The notes under the pieces are model-generated. The model was not told where the DNA came from and did not search any database. It saw only the letters and a program-made list of their open reading frames with translations. Below, one piece after another: positions 16,868-25,532 of a stretch of 62,546 nt of DNA. Made by a program: the position numbers and the translations under genes. Source of the DNA: a virus. Lineage: Duplodnaviria > Caudoviricetes. Every line of letters starts with the position of its first letter. The first letter of the stretch is position 1. The stretch covers positions 1 to 62,546 of the IMG/VR virus record IMGVR_UViG_3300043464_000631; one strand, given 5' to 3'.

Positions 16868-17673
16868 TACTCGTACTCCTCTAGCTCTTTGAGCAACCGC
16901 TTAGATGCGTAAGCATCTTCAATTCTTTTAGCGGCCAACGAGAAGTATTCCTCATCTTTCTCGATCCCAATAAACTTACGTCCAAGGTTAGCGCAAGCTA
17001 CCCCTGTAGTGCCGCTACCCATAGTGAAGTCTAGGACAACATCGCCCTCATTTGTGTACGTCTTTATGAGGTACTCCATAAGTGCCACTGGCTTTTGAGT
17101 GGGGTGTAGACCCCTGCCCTCCCTGCTTGAGAACTGAAGTGATGTTGTCGTTGGAAACTTTTTATCGTAAGACTTCTGTTGACGTGAGAACAACTCTGCC
17201 GCTTGTGTCTGGCGAATGGGTATAGCTTTTGAGGGCTTGTTGCCCCCTTTTTTGATAGGTGCTTCTCTGTCCAGCATCAAGGGAAAGTACCTTGGTTGCT
17301 TCCTGTTGTTTCCAAAGACAACCACATCTTCGTGATCTTTCAGAGGCTGCCTTTTAGCTTGTACGAAATTAGCAGCGAACCTTTTGTTCCACACCCAGCA
17401 GTGGGCGAAGTTCCTTGCGTTGCTCATAACTAACACACTTGTAAACGGCTGGCTGGCTGTAAAAACCGCAGCTCCATCGTGGCGAAGGACCCGTCGCACG
17501 CATCCCCACATACCATCTAACGGTATAACAGCGTCCCAGCCGCAGGCAGTCGTCCCGTAGGGTGGGTCGGTCAGCACCATATCGACCCCTCTCTCGGGAA
17601 GATCACCCATTCTATCCAAGCAGTCCCCGAGCAACAACCAATATTCGCCTTTGGATTTCACATCACCGCTCAT
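16867..17673 (-). CDS. DNA N6-adenine/N4-cytosine methyltransferase (beta class)
   Basis: LTDPPY, HPTQKP, VLDFTMGSGTT, FIGIE. Confidence 0.93.
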   Translation of the reverse strand: MSGDVKSKGEYWLLLGDCLDRMGDLPERGVDMVLTDPPYGTTACGWDAVIPLDGMWGCVRRVLRHDGAAVFTASQPFTSVLVMSNARNFAHCWVWNKRFAANFVQAKRQPLKDHEDVVVFGNNRKQPRYFPLMLDREAPIKKGGNKPSKAIPIRQTQAAELFSRQQKSYDKKFPTTTSLQFSSREGRGLHPTQKPVALMEYLIKTYTNEGDVVLDFTMGSGTTGVACANLGRKFIGIEKDEEYFSLAAKRIEDAYASKRLLKELEEYE

Positions 17674-18148
17674 AATCTTCCAACTCCTTGATGAGGCGCT
17701 TATACACCAACTCAGTCAGGTCAACGTCCCGTTCGCAGTAAACTCGCATCTCCTCCGAGTACCCCGACCAATCCTTGAAGTCAATCTTCTCCAAGCCTAG
17801 CTTCTCCCCCCAGCTTTCCAATGAATGCCCGGGTTGCCTGTCCGCGTTCAAAAACTGTGACAACTGAAGCGTATCAAGAAACCGCACCGGCTTGCCGTTG
17901 AACGAACACCCTTTCGTGTCCCACTTGTACTCGATACCCCATATACGACGGAGGGCTTCAAGATCGAAGGTAACGTTGTGACCCACAACTAAGGTTGGGT
18001 TTAGATCGGACACGTATTGCTGGAAATCCTCCCGCGATCTAAACGATCGCTTATCTCCCGTCTCAACTACTTTCGTGCAGACCAGCCAAATGTTCTTGAT
18101 GAGGGGGATTAGTCCGTCTGATTCGATGTCAAGGATGAGGGTGGTCAT
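17663..18148 (-). CDS. DNA polymerase 3'-5' proofreading exonuclease domain (separate gene)
   Basis: ExoI LDIESDG, ExoII GHNVTFD, HSLESWG, ExoIII YCERDV, as in the T7 gp5 N-terminus. Confidence 0.9.
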   Translation of the reverse strand: MTTLILDIESDGLIPLIKNIWLVCTKVVETGDKRSFRSREDFQQYVSDLNPTLVVGHNVTFDLEALRRIWGIEYKWDTKGCSFNGKPVRFLDTLQLSQFLNADRQPGHSLESWGEKLGLEKIDFKDWSGYSEEMRVYCERDVDLTELVYKRLIKELEDYER

Positions 18149-18154
18149 TCTAGT

Positions 18155-18439
18155 TTACTCCGTTGTATCCCAATCACAAAACTCACCACACAACCGGAGA
18201 CGACCGTACCAGTTGTAGGCAGTGAGACATGCTGTACCAGTGTAAGCAACCTCGTCACCAAGAGGAGCCATCTTTGCAACAGATTCAAGTAGCTCACGGG
18301 CAAGCCGTCGGCAACTATCAACCCGGTCAGGGAACACACGTTTAAACGTGGTGTCACCTTGATTGAAGTGGTACAGCTTGAGAAACCGTTCCCACTCAAA
18401 GTTCTCAAGGATTTCTTCGATCTGTTCGTTGTACGTCAT
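18155..18439 (-). CDS. Hypothetical protein
   Basis: Start at MTYNEQIEEILENFEW with GAGGTG upstream. Confidence 0.65.
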   Translation of the reverse strand: MTYNEQIEEILENFEWERFLKLYHFNQGDTTFKRVFPDRVDSCRRLARELLESVAKMAPLGDEVAYTGTACLTAYNWYGRLRLCGEFCDWDTTE

Positions 18440-18440
18440 G

Positions 18441-18626
18441 TCACACCACCTCAGTTGGTTTAGTCGGAGGAAGATCATCTCGCTCCGCGAGCGGATAAGA
18501 AATCAACCACTCCTTAGCCACGAAATCGTACTCAGCCGAGAACTGAACCCCGAGGTTTAGCTTCTCTCGGCAAGCAATACACGCAGCATCGTAGTTACTT
18601 GTTCGGTAGGTTTTGATTCGGCTCAT
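18441..18626 (-). CDS. Hypothetical protein
   Basis: Start at MSRIKTY, TAATG coupling. Confidence 0.55.
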   Translation of the reverse strand: MSRIKTYRTSNYDAACIACREKLNLGVQFSAEYDFVAKEWLISYPLAERDDLPPTKPTEVV

Positions 18627-18997
18627 TAGGACTCCATCCTCCGGCCAATCTCGGCGGCTGCGCGGGTAATGGCGCGGCGGGTGGCGGTACAAGGGTCGTG
18701 CTTCTGAAACGACGCTCTGTAAGTTGGAAACGACACCGTTATATCATCGAGTTTCCCGCCGCCAGAGCTAACTACGGTTGTCGGTGACTGCCTGTGTTCA
18801 TCGTAGTAGCAGTAGACGTTTGTGATACAAAGCTGCAACCTCACCATCAACCGAAACGCATCGCCGTCGTCGGTGAGGGGGTTCCAGTAACAATACTCAC
18901 GAGCCGCGTTGGGCCCTTGTCCAAAAGTGTCGTACTTCAATTCAACACCAGCCGCCTTCGCGGCGTACTCCAACAGTTCGCGGTCAGTCTCGCTCAC
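18626..18997 (-). CDS. Conserved phage protein
   Basis: DRELLEYAAKAAG, WNPLTDDGDAFRL, ATRRAITRAAAEIG pattern common in proteobacterial phages. Confidence 0.75.
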   Translation of the reverse strand: MSETDRELLEYAAKAAGVELKYDTFGQGPNAAREYCYWNPLTDDGDAFRLMVRLQLCITNVYCYYDEHRQSPTTVVSSGGGKLDDITVSFPTYRASFQKHDPCTATRRAITRAAAEIGRRMES

Positions 18998-19212
18998 AGA
19001 CTCTGCTCCTCTTCCTTCGGTTCACTCGGCTTCGCCTCGTCGGTATTCCTCTTAATCACACGACATGCCAAAACCGTGTCGTTGTCGATGACGTAGGTTC
19101 CGGTGAGGGAGCAGTGGTTAGCAATCCTGCTTCTCTCTACGCGAGGACCAAGTATCATCAGCACAATCACGAACGTCAGCAACACTAGTGCAAGCCAATC
19201 TTCGCTCTTCAT
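18994..19212 (-). CDS. Small single-TM membrane protein
   Basis: N-terminal hydrophobic helix, GAGGAG RBS. Confidence 0.65.
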   Translation of the reverse strand: MKSEDWLALVLLTFVIVLMILGPRVERSRIANHCSLTGTYVIDNDTVLACRVIKRNTDEAKPSEPKEEEQSL

Positions 19213-19213
19213 T

Positions 19214-19816
19214 TTACTGGAACTCCTCTATGAGAACATGAGCCCATGCCTTTCCCGTCTTTATAGCGGAAACGTGCGACTGCTGAACACCGAACATGCC
19301 TGCAATCTTTGGTTGGGATAACCTGCCTTCTTTCAGCAAGCGCTTGATCTGGAGAACCTCATCAAGAGACAGCTTGCTCCACATATGAGACTCGCCCTTC
19401 GGATTGGTTCCATGCTTCCGCTTGTCGGCATGGTTGTTTGCGCAGGTGTCCCAGCGAAGATTACTCAGTGAGTTGTTGCTGCGATCATTGTCCTCGTGAC
19501 AAGCGTGGTACTTGTGAGGTCGCGGGCCGACGAACGCTTCAAGCACAGCCCTGTGTGCGTACACTTTGTGTATCTTCCCGCTTACATGGCACAGACTGAA
19601 CTGCTTGTAACCTGCACCGTTGTCCAACTCGCGTAGTAGACGAACACCACCGATCAAAGAACGTACCCGGCCGAGATCAGACACCTCGTACCTACCCTCA
19701 TACCCCACTACTGGGAGCCACCTTTCCTCGGTTGCGGTTGTACTCCCGCACTCGCTCAGGATTCTGCTCTCGCCATCGCTTTGACTTATCCCTCGCCCGC
19801 TGTTTCCGTTCCTCAT
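19214..19816 (-). CDS. NUMOD4-HNH endonuclease with C-terminal HTH
   Basis: WLPVVGYEGRYEVSDLGRVRS, HRAVLEAF, CHEDNDRSNNSLSNLRW, SQPKIAGMFGVQQSHVSAI. Confidence 0.88.
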   Translation of the reverse strand: MRNGNSGRGISQSDGESRILSECGSTTATEERWLPVVGYEGRYEVSDLGRVRSLIGGVRLLRELDNGAGYKQFSLCHVSGKIHKVYAHRAVLEAFVGPRPHKYHACHEDNDRSNNSLSNLRWDTCANNHADKRKHGTNPKGESHMWSKLSLDEVLQIKRLLKEGRLSQPKIAGMFGVQQSHVSAIKTGKAWAHVLIEEFQ

Positions 19817-19841
19817 CAGTGTACTTCCTCGGTCTACCCAT
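19698..19841 (-). CDS. 47-aa basic ORF overlapping the HNH 5' end (not in ORF track)
   Basis: MGRPRKYTDEERKQRARDKSKRWREQNPERVREYNRNR; AGGAG upstream. Confidence 0.5.
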   Translation of the reverse strand: MGRPRKYTDEERKQRARDKSKRWREQNPERVREYNRNRGKVAPSSGV

Positions 19842-19857
19842 CCTTCAGGGCTCCTAT

Positions 19858-19886
19858 ATGGTACGTTATTTCAAGTACGTTGTCAA
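19858..19886 (-). promoter_or_regulatory. sigma70-type promoter upstream of the HNH locus
   Basis: TTGACA-17 bp-TACCAT. Confidence 0.6.
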
Positions 19887-21553
19887 GCATCAAATTCTTG
19901 GATCGTGTGTAACCCAAGCCGGCCTGTGTCATGGTCATACCGGAGGATGTCGGCCAACCCAGTGAACCCCATTGTCCGGTTCTTCAGGATGCGTAGCTTC
20001 ACTAGGTCTTTCTCCCCATCCTCTGTCTGTTGGTTGCGCTCCAAAGCCCAGACATTCCAACTCATCTGTTCGCTCCCGGCCGATCCGCGAAGATCAGTCA
20101 ACTCCACTTCGTCCCCTTTGTTGAAGCGTTTGTTGGGACTTCTTTTGAGGTGAATGATGGGCAGGATACCGACACCAGTCTCCACACAAATCTGTGTCAT
20201 AGCCTCGAACAAACGATCAAGGTCTTTGCGCTCGTCCACATCTGCGCCAGCTACGACCATTGAGCAATGATCCAGTACGATGAAGTCCACGCCCAGAGCC
20301 TTGGCGAAGTATAGCATCTTCTTGCGAAGGGTGTCCACATCCAAGGAACCCCAGTGGCGAAAGAGATGTACCTTGTTCGACTTGAACCACTTGTCTACCG
20401 ACCTGACGTAGTCTTCCTTCGGGATACACTTCGGGTTGAACATCAACTTCGTAGGAGGTACTCCGTTGTCCATCGCAATGATGGACCTAGCCACATCCTC
20501 CATCGAAGTTTCAAGTGCAATGAAGGCAATGGTGTAGTTCTGTTTAAGTAGGTGAAACGCAACCTCTCGCGCAAACGTACTCTTACCGATACCGGAGCCA
20601 GCAGTAAGGAGCGTAATCTCCCCTTTCCTCAATCCCCAAGTCATACGTTGGAGCTTCGGGTAAGGCAGCTCAATCCCCGGCTCCTTCGGAGTCATGAGCA
20701 CTTCCACATCAATGTCACACCCTTCAACCACAGCTTCTGGTCTGTAGGTCTGTGCCCCATTGATACACTTAAACCACCCGGTTACATCCCCCGCTTCCCA
20801 ATAGTCAGCCGTGTCCTTACGGGGCGAGAGGTTCGCGATCTTAACTTCCGTCTGGGATACTAGCGCCTCCGCTAGGGCCTTTGCCGTGGCCTTGCCGGGC
20901 TTGTCCGCATCAAGGGCTAGGCACACACCGGGGTGGGATGCAATCCACTCCAAGGCGCTTAGAGTCTGCTTATCGAGGACACCTTCCTCGTTGGCTCCGT
21001 TAGGGATGCTGACCACATTCCAGTCCTTACCTCGGGACTGGAGAAGCTCCCACGCTGCTAGGACATCTTGCTCACCTTCTACGATGATGACGAACTTGGC
21101 GTTGGGTTTACAAGCCTTCTGGCCGAAGAGTCCCTTCGGCTTACCCACTACCATGAAGGACTTGTCATCCAGCCGTCGCTTCTTGTACCCGGTGGTGCTC
21201 CCATCCTCGGAGTGGTACGGATAGTACAAGGCAGCAGGATCACCCGTGCTTGTGTCCGATTCACACCGTACTCCGTACCGATCCATCGTCGCTTGACTGA
21301 TCTTCCGATCCGGGTACGGACGGATGGGGTACGTGTTCACCACACTCAGGGAAAGGGCTTCGCTATTCGGTCCTCGGTTACTAGGTCGGCTATACTCCAT
21401 ACCACTGTCACCTCCATCCAACATCACCTTACCATGCCCGTGATAACACCACCCTCCTGTACCATCCTCAAACAACCGAAGGTGGTTACCTGTGCTGTCT
21501 TTGCCCTCGCTTCGGCACAGAGGGCAAGGGACGCGCTTGTTACTCAGGGGCAC
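19883..21553 (-). CDS. T7 gp4-like primase-helicase
   Basis: Zn finger CPLC..D..N, TOPRIM EGEQD and DAD, Walker A AGSGIGKS, IVLDH, DLRGS, LKNR. Confidence 0.95.
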   Translation of the reverse strand: MPLSNKRVPCPLCRSEGKDSTGNHLRLFEDGTGGWCYHGHGKVMLDGGDSGMEYSRPSNRGPNSEALSLSVVNTYPIRPYPDRKISQATMDRYGVRCESDTSTGDPAALYYPYHSEDGSTTGYKKRRLDDKSFMVVGKPKGLFGQKACKPNAKFVIIVEGEQDVLAAWELLQSRGKDWNVVSIPNGANEEGVLDKQTLSALEWIASHPGVCLALDADKPGKATAKALAEALVSQTEVKIANLSPRKDTADYWEAGDVTGWFKCINGAQTYRPEAVVEGCDIDVEVLMTPKEPGIELPYPKLQRMTWGLRKGEITLLTAGSGIGKSTFAREVAFHLLKQNYTIAFIALETSMEDVARSIIAMDNGVPPTKLMFNPKCIPKEDYVRSVDKWFKSNKVHLFRHWGSLDVDTLRKKMLYFAKALGVDFIVLDHCSMVVAGADVDERKDLDRLFEAMTQICVETGVGILPIIHLKRSPNKRFNKGDEVELTDLRGSAGSEQMSWNVWALERNQQTEDGEKDLVKLRILKNRTMGFTGLADILRYDHDTGRLGLHTIQEFDA

Positions 21554-21863
21554 TTGCGTCTACCCCATCCTCATAACCCACCTCGTATCCTTCACTCCGT
21601 CCGGTGTCATATCCATCAGCATAGCCATCATTCCGAGCTTGCTCTACATCCTCTTTCGTATACATCTCCCCCCAACCCGCTACCTCAGCCAGTTGAAATA
21701 GGGCAGCTTCGCAGGCATCTACGTAGTCCTTGTAGATCAACCACTCCATGTGGCTTTTCGCCACCCAACCCGGAATATCCACCCTCACGCCTAGATCGAT
21801 ACACCGCTTCGCGGTATCCCGGACACGATCTAGGAGGTGTGCTTCTCGGTCACTCGTGGTCAT
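21540..21863 (-). CDS. Hypothetical protein with GYxxG repeats
   Basis: DGYADGYDTGRSEGYEVGYEDG. Confidence 0.7.
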   Translation of the reverse strand: MTTSDREAHLLDRVRDTAKRCIDLGVRVDIPGWVAKSHMEWLIYKDYVDACEAALFQLAEVAGWGEMYTKEDVEQARNDGYADGYDTGRSEGYEVGYEDGVDASAPE

Positions 21864-22168
21864 TCCACATTCTCCTCGGTGTAGGTGGGGATAATCTCAA
21901 CTACAGTGTATCCCCTAAACTCTGCGTCAGTTCGAGAAGAAAAGAGCCCGTCTGGGATGAACATTCCAAAGTGGTCCTTGCACACCACCTGATACCAAGT
22001 CGTCGGCTTCTTGGGTTCGGGCTTCACTCGGTACTGATTTCGCTCATACCACAGCGGGTTGGGAGCTGGTATCCATCCGCCGTCAGTGGAGAGTTCAATC
22101 TCATACCCCTCAGCCCACTTCTTAATCACTTCCGCATGGGGGTGGGGTTTACGTTCGGTAGTCGTCAC
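21860..22168 (-). CDS. Conserved phage protein
   Basis: PHPHAEVIKKWAEG...YRVKP pattern; GTG start after GAGGAG. Confidence 0.7.
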   Translation of the reverse strand: MTTTERKPHPHAEVIKKWAEGYEIELSTDGGWIPAPNPLWYERNQYRVKPEPKKPTTWYQVVCKDHFGMFIPDGLFSSRTDAEFRGYTVVEIIPTYTEENVE

Positions 22169-22359
22169 GGGTGAAGCTCCTCTTTGATCTTGTTGAGAAC
22201 ATCCCGAGCTTCGCTCTGGATCACGAACAGTTGCCAATCAACCTCTTCGTTACCGAAGCAAAGTCCTCGTTTGTCTACCTCGTCCAGTGTTTCCACCAAC
22301 CCACGCAAGAGCGTGGTGACTCGTCGGGCTAGAACTACGTTGTCAAGAAGGTTGGTCAT
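22165..22359 (-). CDS. Hypothetical protein
   Basis: Operon packing. Confidence 0.6.
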   Translation of the reverse strand: MTNLLDNVVLARRVTTLLRGLVETLDEVDKRGLCFGNEEVDWQLFVIQSEARDVLNKIKEELHP

Positions 22360-22360
22360 C

Positions 22361-22621
22361 TCAATCGTACCCCTTGGAATTGTCCTTAGCCTTCTCGTAC
22401 AATCGTTCTGCTAGGTCTTGGATTAGCTTGTCACACTGGTCGGTGATGGCGTCGTAAAGAAGGCGCCGAGAGAAGTCCTCGGCTAGGAGCCAACGCACAA
22501 GATCAGGCAAGACTCTTTCTCCGAGAGCCTCGTAGGTAGTGAACACACCATCCCACCGCTGCTCTGCCTCTTCGATGTACGGATCAAGGGGATCAGTTGG
22601 GGGGTTAATGGGTCGGTCCAT
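22361..22621 (-). CDS. Hypothetical protein
   Basis: TAATG coupling. Confidence 0.65.
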   Translation of the reverse strand: MDRPINPPTDPLDPYIEEAEQRWDGVFTTYEALGERVLPDLVRWLLAEDFSRRLLYDAITDQCDKLIQDLAERLYEKAKDNSKGYD

Positions 22622-22920
22622 TAGGGGTTCTCCGCCTTGTAGGAATCAATGATGTCGTGGACGTACTGGGGAAGACCACCACACAAACCATCGTAGGTGA
22701 TTTCCTCAACTTCGTTGAAGATAATCCGAAGAGCAATCTCTACACGCTCCCGCGAAGGCTTGGGGAAATCCTTGTCATCCGGTAGGATGAGATTGTACAA
22801 CAAACTACGGAACAAGTCTTGAAGGAGAGAACCATCTAACTTGTTCTTTTCCCAATCTGCTTCACTAAGCAACTGAAGAAGATTGTTAGTTACTTCTAGA
22901 TTAGAGTTCTTGTAGTACAT
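22621..22920 (-). CDS. Hypothetical protein
   Basis: ORF after a purine-rich leader. Confidence 0.6.
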   Translation of the reverse strand: MYYKNSNLEVTNNLLQLLSEADWEKNKLDGSLLQDLFRSLLYNLILPDDKDFPKPSRERVEIALRIIFNEVEEITYDGLCGGLPQYVHDIIDSYKAENP

Positions 22921-22978
22921 ATCTCTCTCTTTCTTTCTTTGGTTTGTTAGTTCTACTCTACTGGTTAGTAGATACTAT

Positions 22979-23497
22979 CTAGTGCTTCGCACTGTTGTTA
23001 GAACATCTACCGCCTTGAGGCGTAGTATGGAGATCGCCGCTGTACCCGAGCTTAACGAGGTGACACCGAAGGGACGATGGGACCGATCCGTACCCGTGGA
23101 ACAGTGCGTAGTACGCCATCGAACCCAACGAAATCAAGGGGCTACGCTTGTACGGATTGTTCACATCACGGAAGGCGAACTTCAACCGCTCACGCCTACC
23201 GTTCTGGACTGCATCCCACGCCACACCGTTCACATCATCTCGCGTCAGTACCCCGTACAGGCTACCGTTAGAAGTCCATCCGTCAGCCTCTAGGAGCGAC
23301 GGAGCTAGGCACCCTGTGGGTAGGTACTCCGAAGCCCTTACGTGAGGCTTACCGTGGCTTATAAGTGGGTTCCCGTGCTTGTCGTAGTCTACCCGGTAGG
23401 AGGGGAGTCCGTCGCACATGGCTGCTAGGCGGAGAACGTTCCGTCGATCCTCGGTTGTCCACGTTTCGCCGTAGATAATTTGATTGCTGGACACCAT
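22979..23497 (-). CDS. Hypothetical protein
   Basis: TGATG coupling, start at MVSSNQ. Confidence 0.55.
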   Translation of the reverse strand: MVSSNQIIYGETWTTEDRRNVLRLAAMCDGLPSYRVDYDKHGNPLISHGKPHVRASEYLPTGCLAPSLLEADGWTSNGSLYGVLTRDDVNGVAWDAVQNGRRERLKFAFRDVNNPYKRSPLISLGSMAYYALFHGYGSVPSSLRCHLVKLGYSGDLHTTPQGGRCSNNSAKH

Positions 23498-23676
23498 CAC
23501 TCCCCATCCCAAAGGTAATTGTCTGCAACCTCACGACACAGCCTGAACAACTTCTCCGCGTACCGCTGTTCTGATTCGCTTAGTTCGGAGATTTCCTTGT
23601 GTGCAAGAGCATCGCATGTCTCTTGTAGTGCTCGGTATGTATTCTCACACATCACGTAGCCCATGTTAATTGGCAT
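23497..23676 (-). CDS. Conserved small phage protein (not in ORF track)
   Basis: MPINMGYVMCENTYRALQETC...ELSESEQRYA, resembling the NMSYCRFENT-type phage proteins. Confidence 0.7.
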   Translation of the reverse strand: MPINMGYVMCENTYRALQETCDALAHKEISELSESEQRYAEKLFRLCREVADNYLWDGE

Positions 23677-23677
23677 G

Positions 23678-23875
23678 CTACTTTACTCCTTTCCTCTCGT
23701 CTAGGATGAAGTGGTTACTATCCGGGCTCGCTTCGCAAGCCTCCGTGAAATCCGTCCAACTAAGAGCCCAAGGAAAGACCTTATACGCTGTGTCTGTCCA
23801 CCGGAGACACTTAGCCCGGAGAATACAACTGTCGCTGGAACAGCGGGTGTAGTCTAGGGGGAGGGAGGTGGGCAT
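23678..23875 (-). CDS. Small Cys-rich phage protein
   Basis: DYTRC..C..R..CLRW pattern. Confidence 0.65.
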   Translation of the reverse strand: MPTSLPLDYTRCSSDSCILRAKCLRWTDTAYKVFPWALSWTDFTEACEASPDSNHFILDERKGVK

Positions 23876-23880
23876 GTTAT

Positions 23881-24210
23881 CTACCCATCCCCGCCCGCGT
23901 CGGTGCGGGGCTGTTCGATCCTGCGGCGCAGTGCGCCTTGAATTTCGGAAACAACCCGCAGCAGGTATTTGCCGCCCTTAGGGTCCAGCCTGTTAGAGAT
24001 ATAGGCCGGATGGCAGTCAGTTACAAACGTGCGCAAGTCGCGTTCGCCCATTGCACCCCACCAAGCTGACCACGCCTGACCGTAGCACTCGACAATCAAT
24101 TGGCCAGACCCCGGCGCAACGTCGCGCAGCAAGACCGTGATTGGGTCAAGCCTGCCGCCATCTGCGTCGCGAATCACAATCAGGTCGGCGGATTCGGTTT
24201 CGATTCTCAC
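23881..24210 (-). CDS. Conserved phage protein
   Basis: LDPITV...IVECYGQAWSAWWGAMG. Confidence 0.75.
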   Translation of the reverse strand: MRIETESADLIVIRDADGGRLDPITVLLRDVAPGSGQLIVECYGQAWSAWWGAMGERDLRTFVTDCHPAYISNRLDPKGGKYLLRVVSEIQGALRRRIEQPRTDAGGDG

Positions 24211-24428
24211 ACCACCTCCCTCGCCGCGCGGGCGGCGTCGATATAGTGATCGTAAAAATCACCGGATGTAGAGTTGAATAAATTAGCCGCCTCCACATCA
24301 TTCTCTTTGACCCACCGATACCGCTCCGCATCCGCCCGCAGCGCCTCATTCTCAACTACCAAGCGTTCTATTTCCTCGCGCATAGATGAATAAAGTTCCG
24401 CAACTTCTTTTGAGCCTGTCTTTTTCAT
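24207..24428 (-). CDS. Hypothetical protein
   Basis: LRADAERYRW...IDAARAA pattern common in phages. Confidence 0.65.
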   Translation of the reverse strand: MKKTGSKEVAELYSSMREEIERLVVENEALRADAERYRWVKENDVEAANLFNSTSGDFYDHYIDAARAAREVV

Positions 24429-24515
24429 TTCGTTTCCTTACGTTCTGCGCCCGTATCCGGCAACACCGGCCCCGCGTTGGTGGGGTCCGGGCCGCCGTCG
24501 TCAACTCCACTCATA

Positions 24516-24740
24516 TCACTTACCTCCGAGAAAGTAAAGGAACGCACTTACCGCGAAACACACAACCACCCCAACGGGGAGGATGCTTAGCACAGTGTAC
24601 CAGAAACTAGCAAGCCGGTGGCTTGGTTCGTCGAACAAATCGGCTAGGCTCTCGCACTCGTGGGCGTAGGATCGGAGGATGAGGTAGCCTAGAGTGAGAG
24701 CACACCCTCCGAGAAACCACAGATAGGGAACGGAAATCAT
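24516..24740 (-). CDS. Small two-TM membrane protein
   Basis: Two hydrophobic segments. Confidence 0.6.
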   Translation of the reverse strand: MISVPYLWFLGGCALTLGYLILRSYAHECESLADLFDEPSHRLASFWYTVLSILPVGVVVCFAVSAFLYFLGGK

Positions 24741-25243
24741 TAAGGCGTCTCTCCGGTGGGCTTGTCGGCACTCGACACGTCTCGCGCCTTGGCGATGGCG
24801 TCGGATGCGTCAGCAATAAAAGCCCATATTGGCTCGTTTCCTTCTGGCGCATAATGTTCAGCGTCTTTCAGGGCTCGATTCATCAAAGCTTTAATGGCGG
24901 AAAGCAATTCTGGCGCGGCGGCGATCAAGCGGGCGTTGGCTGAGTCAGGTTCAATAACCGGAGCATACTCACCCCCGGCTGACCCATCATCCATGACGAC
25001 TTCCCCGTTCGCATCTAGAAGCTGAGTATAGTAACCGTCAGACACCCACACCCACGGACCCGGTGAAATCTTAGTGCTCGTCTCCTCATCCTTCATTTCC
25101 GATCGTACGCTTTCAGCAGCCTGCAACAGGACCATTTTCAAATTGTTGGGGTGGAGGCCGGGGTTACGTTCGACCCATTCCACAAGATCGAGGAATCTAT
25201 CTCGTTGCTGTGTGACCTTGAATATTTGGCTGTCTCGGTACAT
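24740..25243 (-). CDS. Conserved phage protein
   Basis: SPGPW...ANARLIAAAPELL. Confidence 0.75.
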   Translation of the reverse strand: MYRDSQIFKVTQQRDRFLDLVEWVERNPGLHPNNLKMVLLQAAESVRSEMKDEETSTKISPGPWVWVSDGYYTQLLDANGEVVMDDGSAGGEYAPVIEPDSANARLIAAAPELLSAIKALMNRALKDAEHYAPEGNEPIWAFIADASDAIAKARDVSSADKPTGETP

Positions 25244-25440
25244 TACTTCTTCTCCTCGTGTTCAGTCAGTTTACAAACCCGATACCAAGCCCCGGAAGCG
25301 CTGTCCCGGTACGATACAGCCAAGCCGGGGGCAATGGGAAAGGCTAGTTCAATCGCCTTTCGGATAACGGATGGTTTGGGGTGGATGGCGTAGACGAGGG
25401 AGAACACGTCTTTGCCTAGGCTTACTAGCATGTGGGGCAT
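25243..25440 (-). CDS. Hypothetical protein
   Basis: AGGAG RBS. Confidence 0.55.
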   Translation of the reverse strand: MPHMLVSLGKDVFSLVYAIHPKPSVIRKAIELAFPIAPGLAVSYRDSASGAWYRVCKLTEHEEKK

Positions 25441-25532
25441 ATCAGATGCTCCTGTTTACAGTGGCGATGCAGTTCGTCACATACTTCTTCCACGTGCGGC
25501 TTTCGGTAGTCATGTTGTGCGCTCCTTTATTG

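Noticed and set aside
16454-17662. Group I intron or split intein in the DNA polymerase
   Set aside because: The gap is filled with translationally coupled ORFs and shows no intron core or intein terminal residues
21068-22174. 368-aa plus-strand ORF and other long antisense ORFs (e.g. 47582..48562, 56669..57655)
   Set aside because: Shadows of well-supported opposite-strand genes, with no RBS or recognisable motifs
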